From assembly GCA_040386055.1 (NCBI GenBank), contig JAZKGH010000103.1, positions 1 through 42,303 of the forward strand: a stretch of DNA of 42,303 nucleotides, written 5' to 3'. Every line of letters starts with the position of its first letter. The first letter of the stretch is position 1. Positions 33,708-42,303 of this stretch are shown here, one piece after another. A program made the translations under genes and the position numbers. The stretch comes from Bacteroidota bacterium. GTDB lineage: Bacteria > Bacteroidota > Bacteroidia > UKL13-3. A model generated the notes under the pieces. That model saw only the letters and a program-made list of their open reading frames with translations. It did no database searches and had not been told where the DNA came from.

Positions 33708-36539
33708 ATGACCCGCAAAAAACTCTTTTTACTTGATGGAATGGCTTTGGTTTACCGCGCTTATTTTGCGTTTAGCCAAAACCCACGCATCACCTCTTAT
33801 GGCTTTAATACATCTGCCATTTTTGGTTATGCCAATACTGTATTAGATATTCTTAAAAAAGAAAAACCGACTCATATTGGAGTTTCATTTGACACAGCTG
33901 AACCAACAGCCAGGCATATTGAGTTTGAAGCTTACAAAGCACACCGGCAGGAAATGCCCGAGGATATCTCCAAAGCATTACCCTTTATCATGCGCCTTAC
34001 CGAGGCATTAAACATTCCATTGTTAATCAGACCGGGTTTCGAAGCCGATGATATTATAGGCACACTTGCCAAAAAAGCCGAATTGCAGGGCTTTGATGTG
34101 TATATGATGACACCCGATAAAGATTTCGGGCAATTGGTAAGTGAGCATATTTTTATTTACAAACCCGCCCGTTTGGGCAACGATTATGAAATAATGGGTA
34201 TTCCCGAAGTGCTGAAACGTTGGGAAATAACAGACGTGAATCAGGTAATTGATATATTGGGAATGTGGGGGGATGCCGTAGATGGGATTCCGGGCATACC
34301 CGGCATTGGCGAAAAAACAGCAAAACTTCTCGTGCAAAAATATGGCAGCATGGAGGGTTTGTATGAGCACACGCATGAGCTTAAAGGCAAACAAAAAGAA
34401 AACGTTGAAAATTTTAGAGAACAAGCATTCCTGAGTAAGCGTTTAGCTACAATTGATTTAAATGTTCCTATTGAGTTGGAAGAGGAAAAGCTCATTTTAG
34501 ATCCACCGCACAAAGAGGCATGCGAGCAATTATTTGCAGAACTTGAGTTTAAAACAATGGCCAAACGTTTGTTTGCCACTGCAGAAGAAAGCCCTGCGTC
34601 ATCAGCAACCAAAGGCCAAAAGCCAATAGCCAATAGCGGTTTTGATTTGTTCAATCAGGGTTCCGCCATTGAAAAAAAGGAAGCAGAAACAGCATCAGAA
34701 GAGCTCCCATCTGTACCCAATAACACTATTGAAAACACTCCGCATACGTATCATTTAATTGATACTGCTGAAAAGCGCGTAAGTCTGATTGCTGATCTTA
34801 TGCAACAACCGGAAGTGTGTTTTGATAGTGAAACAACCAGTCTGGAAGAGCTTACAGCCGAGGTTGTAGGTCTTTCATTTGCATACAAAAAGGGTGAAGC
34901 TTACTATGTTCCTTTCCCGGAAAACAGAGACGAGGCACAAGCCATGATGAACGAGTTTAAGCCCTTATTTGAAAACGAACAGATTGTTAAAATCGGTCAG
35001 AACATCAAATATGATTTAAGCATTTTGAAAAATTATGGTGTGGGCCTGAAAGGTAAATGGTTTGATACTATGCTTGCTCATTATCTGATTGACGCGGATC
35101 TTCGTCATGGTATGGATTTTCTTTCCAATAACTACCTGAACTATGAGCCAGTTTCTATTGAAACACTCATTGGTAAAAAAGGAAAAAACCAACTCAACAT
35201 GCGCTCAGTTGAATTGGAAAAAATTAAAGAGTATGCTGCCGAAGATGCTGATGTAACACTTCAATTAAAGCAGCTTTTTGCCCCGCAATTACCTGAATGC
35301 AATGCACAGAAGTTATTTGATGAGGTGGAGATTCCGCTCATCAATGTGCTGAATGATATGGAACGCGAAGGTATTCGCATCAATGCACAGTTCTTAAATG
35401 ATTATTCTGTAGAGCTTGCTAAAGAAATCGGAATGTTAGAAAAACGGATTCACGAGCTTGCCGGTGTTAACTTCAATATCGCCTCTCCAAAACAATTGGG
35501 CGAAGTACTCTTTGATCATTTAAAACTTGACCCCAAAGCAAAAAAGACAAAGACGGGGCAATACCAAACAGGTGAAGATGTATTGCTTGGCTTAAGCGAA
35601 CATGAAATTGCAAAATGCATTTTGGATGTGCGCCAGTTGCAAAAATTGAAATCGACTTATGTTGATGCATTACCAACTTTGATCCATCCTAAAACGGGTC
35701 GGGTGCATACCTCCTTTAATCAGGCTGTAGCGGCAACCGGCAGGCTTTCATCAACAGATCCCAATCTGCAGAATATTCCTATTCGTACTGATAAAGGACG
35801 CGAGATCCGTAAGGCATTTATTCCACGCAATGAAGAATATGTATTGATGAGTGCGGATTATTCGCAAATTGAATTGCGTGTAATTGCATCAATGGCCAAA
35901 GAAGAAAATATGATTGATGCCTTTAAACAGGGCATTGATATTCATACAGCAACCGCTGCTAAAGTTTATAACGTAGAATTATCGGCAGTCACAGGTGAGC
36001 AGCGCAGAAATGCCAAAGCTGTAAACTTTGGAATCATATATGGTCAATCAGCTTTCGGTTTGTCGCAAAGTTTAGGCATTCCCCGTAAGGAAGCTGCCGC
36101 GATAATCGAAGAGTATTTTAAACAATACCCACGCATCAAAAATTACATGAGCGATACCATTCATTTTGCACAGGAACATGGTTTTGTGGAAACACTATTG
36201 GGACGCAGAAGGTATTTACGCGATATCAACTCAAAGAACTTTACCGTGCGTGGATTTGCTGAACGAAATGCCATAAACGCACCCATCCAGGGAAGTGCAG
36301 CCGATATGATCAAAGTAGCTATGCTAAAGGTTGATACCGCTATCCGAAATCCACAATCCCAAATCCGACATTCTAAAATGATCCTTCAGGTACACGATGA
36401 GCTTTTATTTGATGTGCACAAAAGTGAGGTTGAACAAATGAAAATACTAGTGAAGGAACAGATGGAAGCGGCCATGCAACTGGAAGTTCCTATACAAGCT
36501 GAAGTGGGTATGGGAGATAACTGGCTGGAAGCACACTAG
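33708..36539 (+). CDS. polA: DNA polymerase I (5'-3' exonuclease, 3'-5' exonuclease and polymerase domains)
   Basis: 943 aa. Exo motifs FDSETTSL, GQNIKYDL and YAAEDADV. Polymerase motifs A (DYSQIELRV), B (RRNAKAVNFGIIYG) and C (LQVHDELLF). Confidence 0.95.
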   Translation: MTRKKLFLLDGMALVYRAYFAFSQNPRITSYGFNTSAIFGYANTVLDILKKEKPTHIGVSFDTAEPTARHIEFEAYKAHRQEMPEDISKALPFIMRLTEALNIPLLIRPGFEADDIIGTLAKKAELQGFDVYMMTPDKDFGQLVSEHIFIYKPARLGNDYEIMGIPEVLKRWEITDVNQVIDILGMWGDAVDGIPGIPGIGEKTAKLLVQKYGSMEGLYEHTHELKGKQKENVENFREQAFLSKRLATIDLNVPIELEEEKLILDPPHKEACEQLFAELEFKTMAKRLFATAEESPASSATKGQKPIANSGFDLFNQGSAIEKKEAETASEELPSVPNNTIENTPHTYHLIDTAEKRVSLIADLMQQPEVCFDSETTSLEELTAEVVGLSFAYKKGEAYYVPFPENRDEAQAMMNEFKPLFENEQIVKIGQNIKYDLSILKNYGVGLKGKWFDTMLAHYLIDADLRHGMDFLSNNYLNYEPVSIETLIGKKGKNQLNMRSVELEKIKEYAAEDADVTLQLKQLFAPQLPECNAQKLFDEVEIPLINVLNDMEREGIRINAQFLNDYSVELAKEIGMLEKRIHELAGVNFNIASPKQLGEVLFDHLKLDPKAKKTKTGQYQTGEDVLLGLSEHEIAKCILDVRQLQKLKSTYVDALPTLIHPKTGRVHTSFNQAVAATGRLSSTDPNLQNIPIRTDKGREIRKAFIPRNEEYVLMSADYSQIELRVIASMAKEENMIDAFKQGIDIHTATAAKVYNVELSAVTGEQRRNAKAVNFGIIYGQSAFGLSQSLGIPRKEAAAIIEEYFKQYPRIKNYMSDTIHFAQEHGFVETLLGRRRYLRDINSKNFTVRGFAERNAINAPIQGSAADMIKVAMLKVDTAIRNPQSQIRHSKMILQVHDELLFDVHKSEVEQMKILVKEQMEAAMQLEVPIQAEVGMGDNWLEAH

Positions 36540-36749
36540 GAAGAAATGCGGAGTGCGAATTTTTGAGTGCGGAATGATAAACACGAAGAGATTACTATAG
36601 AATGGAAGAGATAGCCGTATTTGAACAGGAATTATTTGGAAATCCAATGAGTGAATTTCTGATTTGCATCGGAATATTATTATTGGGGTCTTTGCTTACC
36701 CTATTGGGTGCGACTTTGCGTACCCAACTCAAACCATTTATGTAAAACA

Positions 36750-37517
36750 ATGATATTAACCGATACACATGCTCACTTATACGCGGAAGAATTTGATGCC
36801 GATCGGAAAGGAATGATGCACCGTGCCCTGCAAAAACACGTTACACGAATGTTCCTTCCTAACATAGATGTGAACTCTATTCAACCTATGCTTAACCTAG
36901 TTTGGGAATTCCCGGAAAACTGTTTCCCAATGATGGGGCTTCACCCTTGTTCGGTTGACCAACATGTGGAAGCACACCTGTTTCAGATTCAGAAGTGGTT
37001 TAAGAAACGTACGTTTTATGCGGTAGGTGAAATTGGATTGGATTTTTATTGGTCTATTGAATTTAAAGAGCAACAAATTATGGCTTTTAAAAAACAAATT
37101 CAGTGGGCCATACAATATAATCTACCCATCAATATTCATTCGCGCAATGCTACACCGGAATGTATAGCCATTCTAGCCGAAATGAAACACCCCTCGTTGC
37201 GCGGTATTTTTCATTGCTTTAGCGGTACTGCGGAAGAGGCACAACAAATTGTGGCGCTCGGTTTTTATTTGGGCATTGGTGGTGTACTTACTTTCAAGAA
37301 TAGCGGCTTGGACAAAGCTATTGAAAACATTTCATTGGAAAATTTGGTGCTGGAAACGGATGCTCCTTACCTTGCTCCTATTCCGTACCGTGGCAAGCGC
37401 AATGAGAGCGCATACTTAATAGAAGTAGCTCAGAAGTTATCGGAACTTAAAAATACAAGTGTAGAGAAAGTAGCCGCAGTAACTACTGAAAACTCTAAAA
37501 AAGTGTTCGGAATTTAA
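36750..37517 (+). CDS. tatD: TatD-family metal-dependent hydrolase/DNase
   Basis: MILTDTHAHLY (HxH), GEIGLDFYW, INIHSRNA, IFHCFSG and LETDAPYL. The ATG at 36750 fits the family N-terminus. The ORF-track start at 36708 is a GTG extension. Confidence 0.9.
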   Translation: MILTDTHAHLYAEEFDADRKGMMHRALQKHVTRMFLPNIDVNSIQPMLNLVWEFPENCFPMMGLHPCSVDQHVEAHLFQIQKWFKKRTFYAVGEIGLDFYWSIEFKEQQIMAFKKQIQWAIQYNLPINIHSRNATPECIAILAEMKHPSLRGIFHCFSGTAEEAQQIVALGFYLGIGGVLTFKNSGLDKAIENISLENLVLETDAPYLAPIPYRGKRNESAYLIEVAQKLSELKNTSVEKVAAVTTENSKKVFGI

Positions 37518-37717
37518 TGTTGATGATGCTTATGCTTACCCCGTAGCTGTTTGATAAACGTAATAATATCCTTTGAAAAGCCTATCATCAGTAACAAAAA
37601 AACAAGGCTTGCAGTAAAGGCCAGAAGCTGATCGTCCGAAACACCTTTCCGTCCATTGTAAGCTTGGGTTGCATACTGCAACGCCAACAAACAACTTATT
37701 ATTATTACTCTTTTCAT
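37514..37717 (-). CDS. Possible small membrane protein with a His-rich C-terminus
   Basis: 67-aa ORF with a signal-like N-terminus (MKRVIIISCLLALQYATQA), one TM helix (LLAFTASLVFLLLMIGF) and the tail RGKHKHHQH. There is no homology evidence and it could be spurious. Confidence 0.4.
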   Translation of the reverse strand: MKRVIIISCLLALQYATQAYNGRKGVSDDQLLAFTASLVFLLLMIGFSKDIITFIKQLRGKHKHHQH

Positions 37718-37755
37718 ATGCGTAACTTTATGTAGGTTACACGCAAGTTACGCAT
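37718..37755 (-). promoter_or_regulatory. Perfect 11-bp inverted repeat between the metH stop and the small-ORF start
   Basis: Arms atgcgtaactt (37718-37728) and aagttacgcat (37745-37755) with a 16-nt loop that itself contains ggttac. The hairpin abuts the ATG at 37717 on the minus strand. There is no U-tract. Confidence 0.45.
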
Positions 37756-37773
37756 TCATTCAATTCAAGGGTA

Positions 37774-40473
37774 TTAATTATCGTATCCCAAATTCGGAGC
37801 CAGCCATTTTTCTACATATTCCACCGAAACATTTTTGCGTTTGGCGTATTCTTCCACCTGATCTTTTTGAATTTTACCTACAGCAAAATACTTACTACCC
37901 GGATTGGCAAAATAGAAACCACTTACTGCAGATGCAGGGTACATTGCAAAATTTTCGGTTAACATAATTCCGGTTGTGTCTTCAGCCTTTAATAAGTCGA
38001 ATAATTTGCGCTTTTCTGTATGATCGGGGCAAGCAGGATAACCCGGTGCCGGACGAATACTATCATATTTCTCTTTGATGATTTCTTCATCCGTAAGGTT
38101 TTCATCCGTGGAAAAACCCCAATATTCTCTGCGTACCAATTCATGCATTTTTTCGGCAAACGCTTCGGCCAAACGATCAGCAATTGATTTAATCATGATG
38201 CTGTTGTAATCATCATGATCCTTTTCATAAGCCTCAATCAGTGGTTCAATACCAATACCCGCAGTAACCGCAAACATTCCCATATAATCTTGTTTGCCCG
38301 TTTCCTTTTGCGCAACAAAATCTGCTAAACACAAATACGGTTGATCGGCCGCCTTTTCATTCTGTTGACGCAGGAAGTGGAAAGTCATTTCGGATTTCGG
38401 ATTTGTGATTTCGGATTTTATTACGACATCATCTCCATCTGCATTGGCTTCGTAAAAACCTATTACACCTTTTGCTTTCAACAATTTTTTGCCGATAACT
38501 TCATCCAGCATTCGGTTCGCGTCATCAAATAATTTCTTTGCCTCAACACCCACAATTTTATCATCAAAAATTGCCGGGTATCTTCCAACTAATTCCCACG
38601 TAAGGAAGAACGGTGTCCAATCAATACGCTGGCGTAATTCTTCCAATGGAAAATCATCAAATACTTTGGTTCCGAGAAACGATGGTTTTACAATTGAATC
38701 AAACTCCACCTTGAATTTATGCTCGCGCGCTTTTTCGAGTGTTACAAAGTTTTTATCCTTCTTGCGGTTTTTGTAATCAATGCGAAACTGTTCATAGTCG
38801 GCTTTGATTTTGGCTTGTGTAACAGGACGCTGATCCGAGCTAATTAAACTTTGTGCAACGGGTACGCTCTTACTTGCATCAAGCACATGAACCACAGGAC
38901 CTGAATACACAGGATCGATTTTTACAGCAGTATGCGCGCGCGAAGTTGTAGCTCCACCAATCAACAATGGCGTTTTCATGCCAAGCCTTTCCATCTCTTT
39001 CGCCACATGCACCATCTCATCCAAGCTTGGCGTGATTAATCCGCTCAATCCAATAACATCTACTTTTTCGCGCAATGCTACCTCCAGAATTTTTTCTGCA
39101 GGAACCATCACTCCTATATCAATAATTTCAAAATTGTTACATGCAAGTACAACACCTACAATGTTTTTTCCAATATCATGCACATCCCCTTTTACGGTAG
39201 CCATCAGAATACGCCCCTGATTAGTGCTCATGTCACCATTCTTCCGTTTTTCTTCCTCCATGTAAGGCATTAAGTATGCAACGGCTTTTTTCATTACACG
39301 TGCACTTTTTACCACCTGGGGTAAGAACATTTTTCCTTGTCCGAACAAATCACCCACAACACTCATTCCTGACATAAGCGGGCCTTCAATTACTTCCAGC
39401 GGTTTGTCAAATTTCTGACGTGCTTCTTCTGTATCTACATCAATAAACTCAATAATTCCCTTCACCAACGCATGGCTCAATCGCTCTTCCACAGTACCTT
39501 TGCGCCACTCTTCATCAATAATATTTATCTTGCCTTTTCCTTTTACACGCTCCGCTAATTCCAGTAAACGTTCTGTTGCATCATCCTTTCGGTCAAGCAA
39601 CACATCTTCTACATGCTCTAATAATTCTTTGTCAATCTGGTCGTAAACCTCCAACTGGCTTGGGTTTACAATACCCATATCCATACCATTCCGGATAGCA
39701 TGATACAAGAAGGCAGAGTGCATAGCCTCACGTACTTTATCATTACCACGAAAAGAAAATGAAACATTGGAAACTCCACCACTGATTTTTGCACCCGGCA
39801 AATTTTCCTTAATCCACTTAGTAGCATTAAAAAAGTCGATAGCATTTTTGCGGTGTTCTTCCATTCCTGTTGCAACAGGAAAAATATTAGGATCAAAGAT
39901 GATATCTCCTGCCGGAAAATGAACCTTCTCCGTTAAGATACGATAGGCCCTTTCGGCAATTTCAATTCTTCGATCGTAGTTATCCGCTTGCCCTGTCTCA
40001 TCAAACAACATCACAATCATAGCCGCACCATATCGTTTAACAGTTCTGGCTTGTTTAACAAACTCCTCTTCTCCTCCTTTAAGTGAAATCGAATTCACAA
40101 TAGGTTTCCCCTGAACACACTTTAATCCGGCCTCGATAATTTCCCATTTGGATGAATCAATCATAATGGGTACCCTTGAAATATCCGGTTCTGAAGCGAT
40201 CAGGTTCAAAAATCGAACCATTGATTCCACACCATCAATCATCCCCTCATCCATATTAATATCTATGATTTGTGCCCCACCCTGAACCTGTTCACGTGCA
40301 ACATCCAATGCTTCTTCAAAATTGCCTTCTTTAATTAACCGGAGAAATTTTTTAGACCCGGTTACATTGGTTCGTTCACCCACATTGGTGAAGTTTGCGC
40401 CTTCATAAATAACCAACGGTTCAAGGCCCGAAAGTTTAAGTGTATAATCGTTTCTTTTGTTCTCAGTGTTCAT
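37774..40473 (-). CDS. metH: Cobalamin-dependent methionine synthase core (pterin-binding, B12 cap and B12-binding, and AdoMet-reactivation domains); no homocysteine-binding domain
   Basis: [65 protein letters not shown] matches E. coli MetH from about residue 330 onward. B12 motifs: GDVHDIGKN (DxHxxG), GLSGL and IGGATT. The reactivation domain has [13 protein letters not shown] chose the ATG at 40473 (MNTENKRND); the maximal ORF starts at 40503. Confidence 0.9.
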   Translation of the reverse strand: MNTENKRNDYTLKLSGLEPLVIYEGANFTNVGERTNVTGSKKFLRLIKEGNFEEALDVAREQVQGGAQIIDINMDEGMIDGVESMVRFLNLIASEPDISRVPIMIDSSKWEIIEAGLKCVQGKPIVNSISLKGGEEEFVKQARTVKRYGAAMIVMLFDETGQADNYDRRIEIAERAYRILTEKVHFPAGDIIFDPNIFPVATGMEEHRKNAIDFFNATKWIKENLPGAKISGGVSNVSFSFRGNDKVREAMHSAFLYHAIRNGMDMGIVNPSQLEVYDQIDKELLEHVEDVLLDRKDDATERLLELAERVKGKGKINIIDEEWRKGTVEERLSHALVKGIIEFIDVDTEEARQKFDKPLEVIEGPLMSGMSVVGDLFGQGKMFLPQVVKSARVMKKAVAYLMPYMEEEKRKNGDMSTNQGRILMATVKGDVHDIGKNIVGVVLACNNFEIIDIGVMVPAEKILEVALREKVDVIGLSGLITPSLDEMVHVAKEMERLGMKTPLLIGGATTSRAHTAVKIDPVYSGPVVHVLDASKSVPVAQSLISSDQRPVTQAKIKADYEQFRIDYKNRKKDKNFVTLEKAREHKFKVEFDSIVKPSFLGTKVFDDFPLEELRQRIDWTPFFLTWELVGRYPAIFDDKIVGVEAKKLFDDANRMLDEVIGKKLLKAKGVIGFYEANADGDDVVIKSEITNPKSEMTFHFLRQQNEKAADQPYLCLADFVAQKETGKQDYMGMFAVTAGIGIEPLIEAYEKDHDDYNSIMIKSIADRLAEAFAEKMHELVRREYWGFSTDENLTDEEIIKEKYDSIRPAPGYPACPDHTEKRKLFDLLKAEDTTGIMLTENFAMYPASAVSGFYFANPGSKYFAVGKIQKDQVEEYAKRKNVSVEYVEKWLAPNLGYDN

Positions 40474-40685
40474 GTGTACTTTCTCAACCGCGCAAATTAG
40501 CATTATAACAAGGCATTTACCAACTTTCAGGCTCTTTAATTACCAAAAGTCCTTTCGATTGTAAAATCTTTTAGCCGGATTCCCAAAACAGTTCCTTATT
40601 ATCGTATACTTGAGCATTAATTAACTATTTAAATAAAATATATTGCTACTTGATGGTAAAAAAATACCGTTGACATAAATTTTTA

Positions 40686-42303
40686 ATGACAACTGACGAC
40701 TTCACTAACGAACTGATTAAAGCTTTTTCCCAGCCCGTATTGGTGTTGAACACACAATATGAAGTGCTGTTTCAATCCGATAGGGTGGCCTCTGTTTCAA
40801 AAGATATTCACCCGGGTGTCCTTATTACCAATGTGCTCCGCATTGTACAAAAAGAATCGGATTCTACTACTGCTTTTTTTTCCGAACTTTTGGCGAAATC
40901 GGTAACATCCAAACAAAAACTAATCCTGACTAATTGTTTTATTATATCACTGGCTAATTCCACTCAACGCTTTCAGGGAGACATTGAAATTATACCATTT
41001 GCTGATAAGAACGGAAAAGTATACCGGCTAGTGGTGCAAATTACTCATTCCAAAGAGCTGTTAGAAACACGTTTGGAATTGGAAAAGGCAAAGCAATATG
41101 AATATCAGCAAGAGTTGATTCAAAAAGAAGCTCATCAGGATGCATTATTTAATAGTACTGATGACCTTATTTGGTCGGTTGACACAGACTTTCGTATTAT
41201 TTCCTGCAATAATGCCTTTAGAGATCTGGCCCAGCTAATGAGTGGAAAGGAATTCCAGCCGGGTAGCAATGCATTAGATGTTGCGTGGAGTGAAGAACAG
41301 CTCATTAAATGGAAAAATTACTATGAAAGAGCACTTAAAGGCGAGAAGTTTAGTATAAAAGAAGAAACCCATGATGCTATTGGGGAATTAATTCATTGTA
41401 GCTATATCTCCATTACTCCGCTACTTGATAAAGCAGGCAACATATGGGGCGCTGCTTGTTTTGGTAAAGACATTACTGCAGAAACAAAAGCAAGTAAGGC
41501 CTTAGCTAAAGCGAACTTTGAATTGCAAAATATTCTATCGTCTTCACTTGATATTATTTGCACTTTAAACGCTCACGGTGAATTTACAAATATAAATGCT
41601 GCGTCATATAAGGTTTGGGGTTATGATCCTGCTAAATTGCTTCACACCAATTATACAGCCCTTCTGCATCCGGATGATTTAGAAAAAACAAGAGCTATTG
41701 CTGCCGAGGTTATTAGCGGGATGGATGTAATAAATTTTGAAAATCGTCATATCAGAAAAGATGGTTCAATTGTTCCCATGATTTGGTCGGCCCGTTGGGA
41801 TGTCAAAAGTGAACTTATGTATTGCGTAGGTGGAGATGCAACCGAAAAGGAACGTTCCGAACAAGAATTAAAAGCAAGCGAAAAAAGTTTCCGATTGTTG
41901 GTTGAAAACAGCGGTGGTGCAATGGATATACTCACCACTGAAGGAGACACCCTCTATGCTTCTGCTTCCATTAAGCATGTAATCGGATATGATGAACACG
42001 AAGCTCTACATCTTAACCTGTTTGATTTACTGCATCCCGATGATAAAAATAAAGTAGCTGAAAAGCTGGCAGAATCCATTAACAATCCCGGTGTTCCTAT
42101 TAAGAACTACGTGTGTAGGATAATGCATAAAGATGGCATCTGGCGCTGGATAGCAGCAACCTTTACCAACCTTATTGATGAGCCTAATATTAACGGAATT
42201 GTAAATAATTTTAGAGATGTAACGGAGCGGGTAAATGATGAGTTGCAACTAAAATTACTTATTGACAATAGCTCTAGGTACGTCTTCATTTCAAATGCGG
42301 TTC
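40686..42303 (+). CDS. Multi-PAS/PAC sensor protein, N-terminal part; the 3' end runs off the window
   Basis: Not in the ORF track because there is no stop in the window. My translation from the ATG at 40686 gives MTTDDFTNELIKAFSQPVLVLN ... . It has at least four PAS-like units, for example ALFNSTDDLIWSVDTDFRIISCNNAF, ILSSSLDIICTLNAHGEFTNINAASYKVWGYD ... ENRHIRKDGSIVPMIWSARW and FRLLVENSGGAMDILTTEGDTLYASASIKHVIGYD ... CRIMHKDGIWRWIAATFTNL ... FRDVTER. The frame stays open to 42303. Confidence 0.8.
   Translation, partial: MTTDDFTNELIKAFSQPVLVLNTQYEVLFQSDRVASVSKDIHPGVLITNVLRIVQKESDSTTAFFSELLAKSVTSKQKLILTNCFIISLANSTQRFQGDIEIIPFADKNGKVYRLVVQITHSKELLETRLELEKAKQYEYQQELIQKEAHQDALFNSTDDLIWSVDTDFRIISCNNAFRDLAQLMSGKEFQPGSNALDVAWSEEQLIKWKNYYERALKGEKFSIKEETHDAIGELIHCSYISITPLLDKAGNIWGAACFGKDITAETKASKALAKANFELQNILSSSLDIICTLNAHGEFTNINAASYKVWGYDPAKLLHTNYTALLHPDDLEKTRAIAAEVISGMDVINFENRHIRKDGSIVPMIWSARWDVKSELMYCVGGDATEKERSEQELKASEKSFRLLVENSGGAMDILTTEGDTLYASASIKHVIGYDEHEALHLNLFDLLHPDDKNKVAEKLAESINNPGVPIKNYVCRIMHKDGIWRWIAATFTNLIDEPNINGIVNNFRDVTERVNDELQLKLLIDNSSRYVFISNAV

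Noticed and set aside
36540-36749. 210-nt polA-tatD spacer with a short direct repeat (gagtgcgaat / gagtgcggaat at about 36552-36578), considered as a possible sRNA or mobile-element scar
   Set aside because: There are only weak 4-5 bp stems, no terminator-like structure, no promoter box and no similarity to the other repeats in the window. The evidence is insufficient to call anything.
40504-40685. Possible SAM or cobalamin riboswitch, or a frameshifted Hcy-binding domain, upstream of metH
   Set aside because: The region is only ~180 nt and AT-rich. It lacks the conserved cores I know, such as the B12-box or the SAM-I GAGGGA/GCCC-type junctions. It is also far too short to hide a ~330-aa domain. 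I cannot exclude a small unfamiliar RNA motif without a covariance-model scan.
1-42303. Mobile elements, prophage, defence islands, and tRNA or rRNA genes
   Set aside because: I found no integrase, transposase or recombinase, no phage structural or restriction/abortive-infection-like ORFs, no terminal inverted repeats flanking a gene block, and no tRNA-like T-loop/acceptor patterns in intergenic regions. The one gggttcgaaacg match, near 16900, lies inside a CDS. This was done by eye and a tRNAscan/Infernal run would be more reliable.

Overview
This 42.3 kb window looks like a chromosomal segment from a Bacteroidota genome. The evidence is a T9SS C-terminal sorting domain, TAnnTTTG-type -7 promoter boxes, about 40% GC and no Shine-Dalgarno dependence. 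I saw no rRNA, tRNA, CRISPR array, transposase or integrase. Most genes are housekeeping: an S9A prolyl oligopeptidase fragment, a histidine phosphatase, menF with a hotdog thioesterase, rsmI, gcvH, gpsA, polA, tatD, a MetH core and a MeaB GTPase. There is also a three-gene two-component phosphorelay, a TolC plus adaptor pair and a multi-PAS sensor that runs off the 3' edge. The dominant feature is a 7.4 kb gene for a 2468-aa T9SS-secreted protein. It combines a beta-helix region with three ~1.34 kb super-repeats, each made of two Ig-like modules and a GEVED-type domain. The best candidate for an undescribed system is 30.4-33.6 kb. It holds a DPPR-synthase-like UbiA prenyl-phosphate phosphoribosyltransferase, a translationally coupled HAD-IB phosphatase and a divergent polytopic GT-C-like membrane protein. 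That layout mirrors the mycobacterial AftB/UbiA/phosphatase locus but has no DprE1/E2 epimerase in view. Other points worth a second look:
- a NodB/NodC-like deacetylase plus processive GT2 pair
- a MetH lacking its homocysteine-binding domain with no adjacent partner gene
- a Cys-rich secreted orphan next to a TlpA-like oxidoreductase and an XRE regulator, across a 461-nt repeat-bearing intergenic region
- an orphan 502-aa helical protein divergent from the giant adhesin gene
- two REP-like palindromic intergenic elements
All functional calls come from motif recognition in the supplied translations or my own translation. No database search was run.
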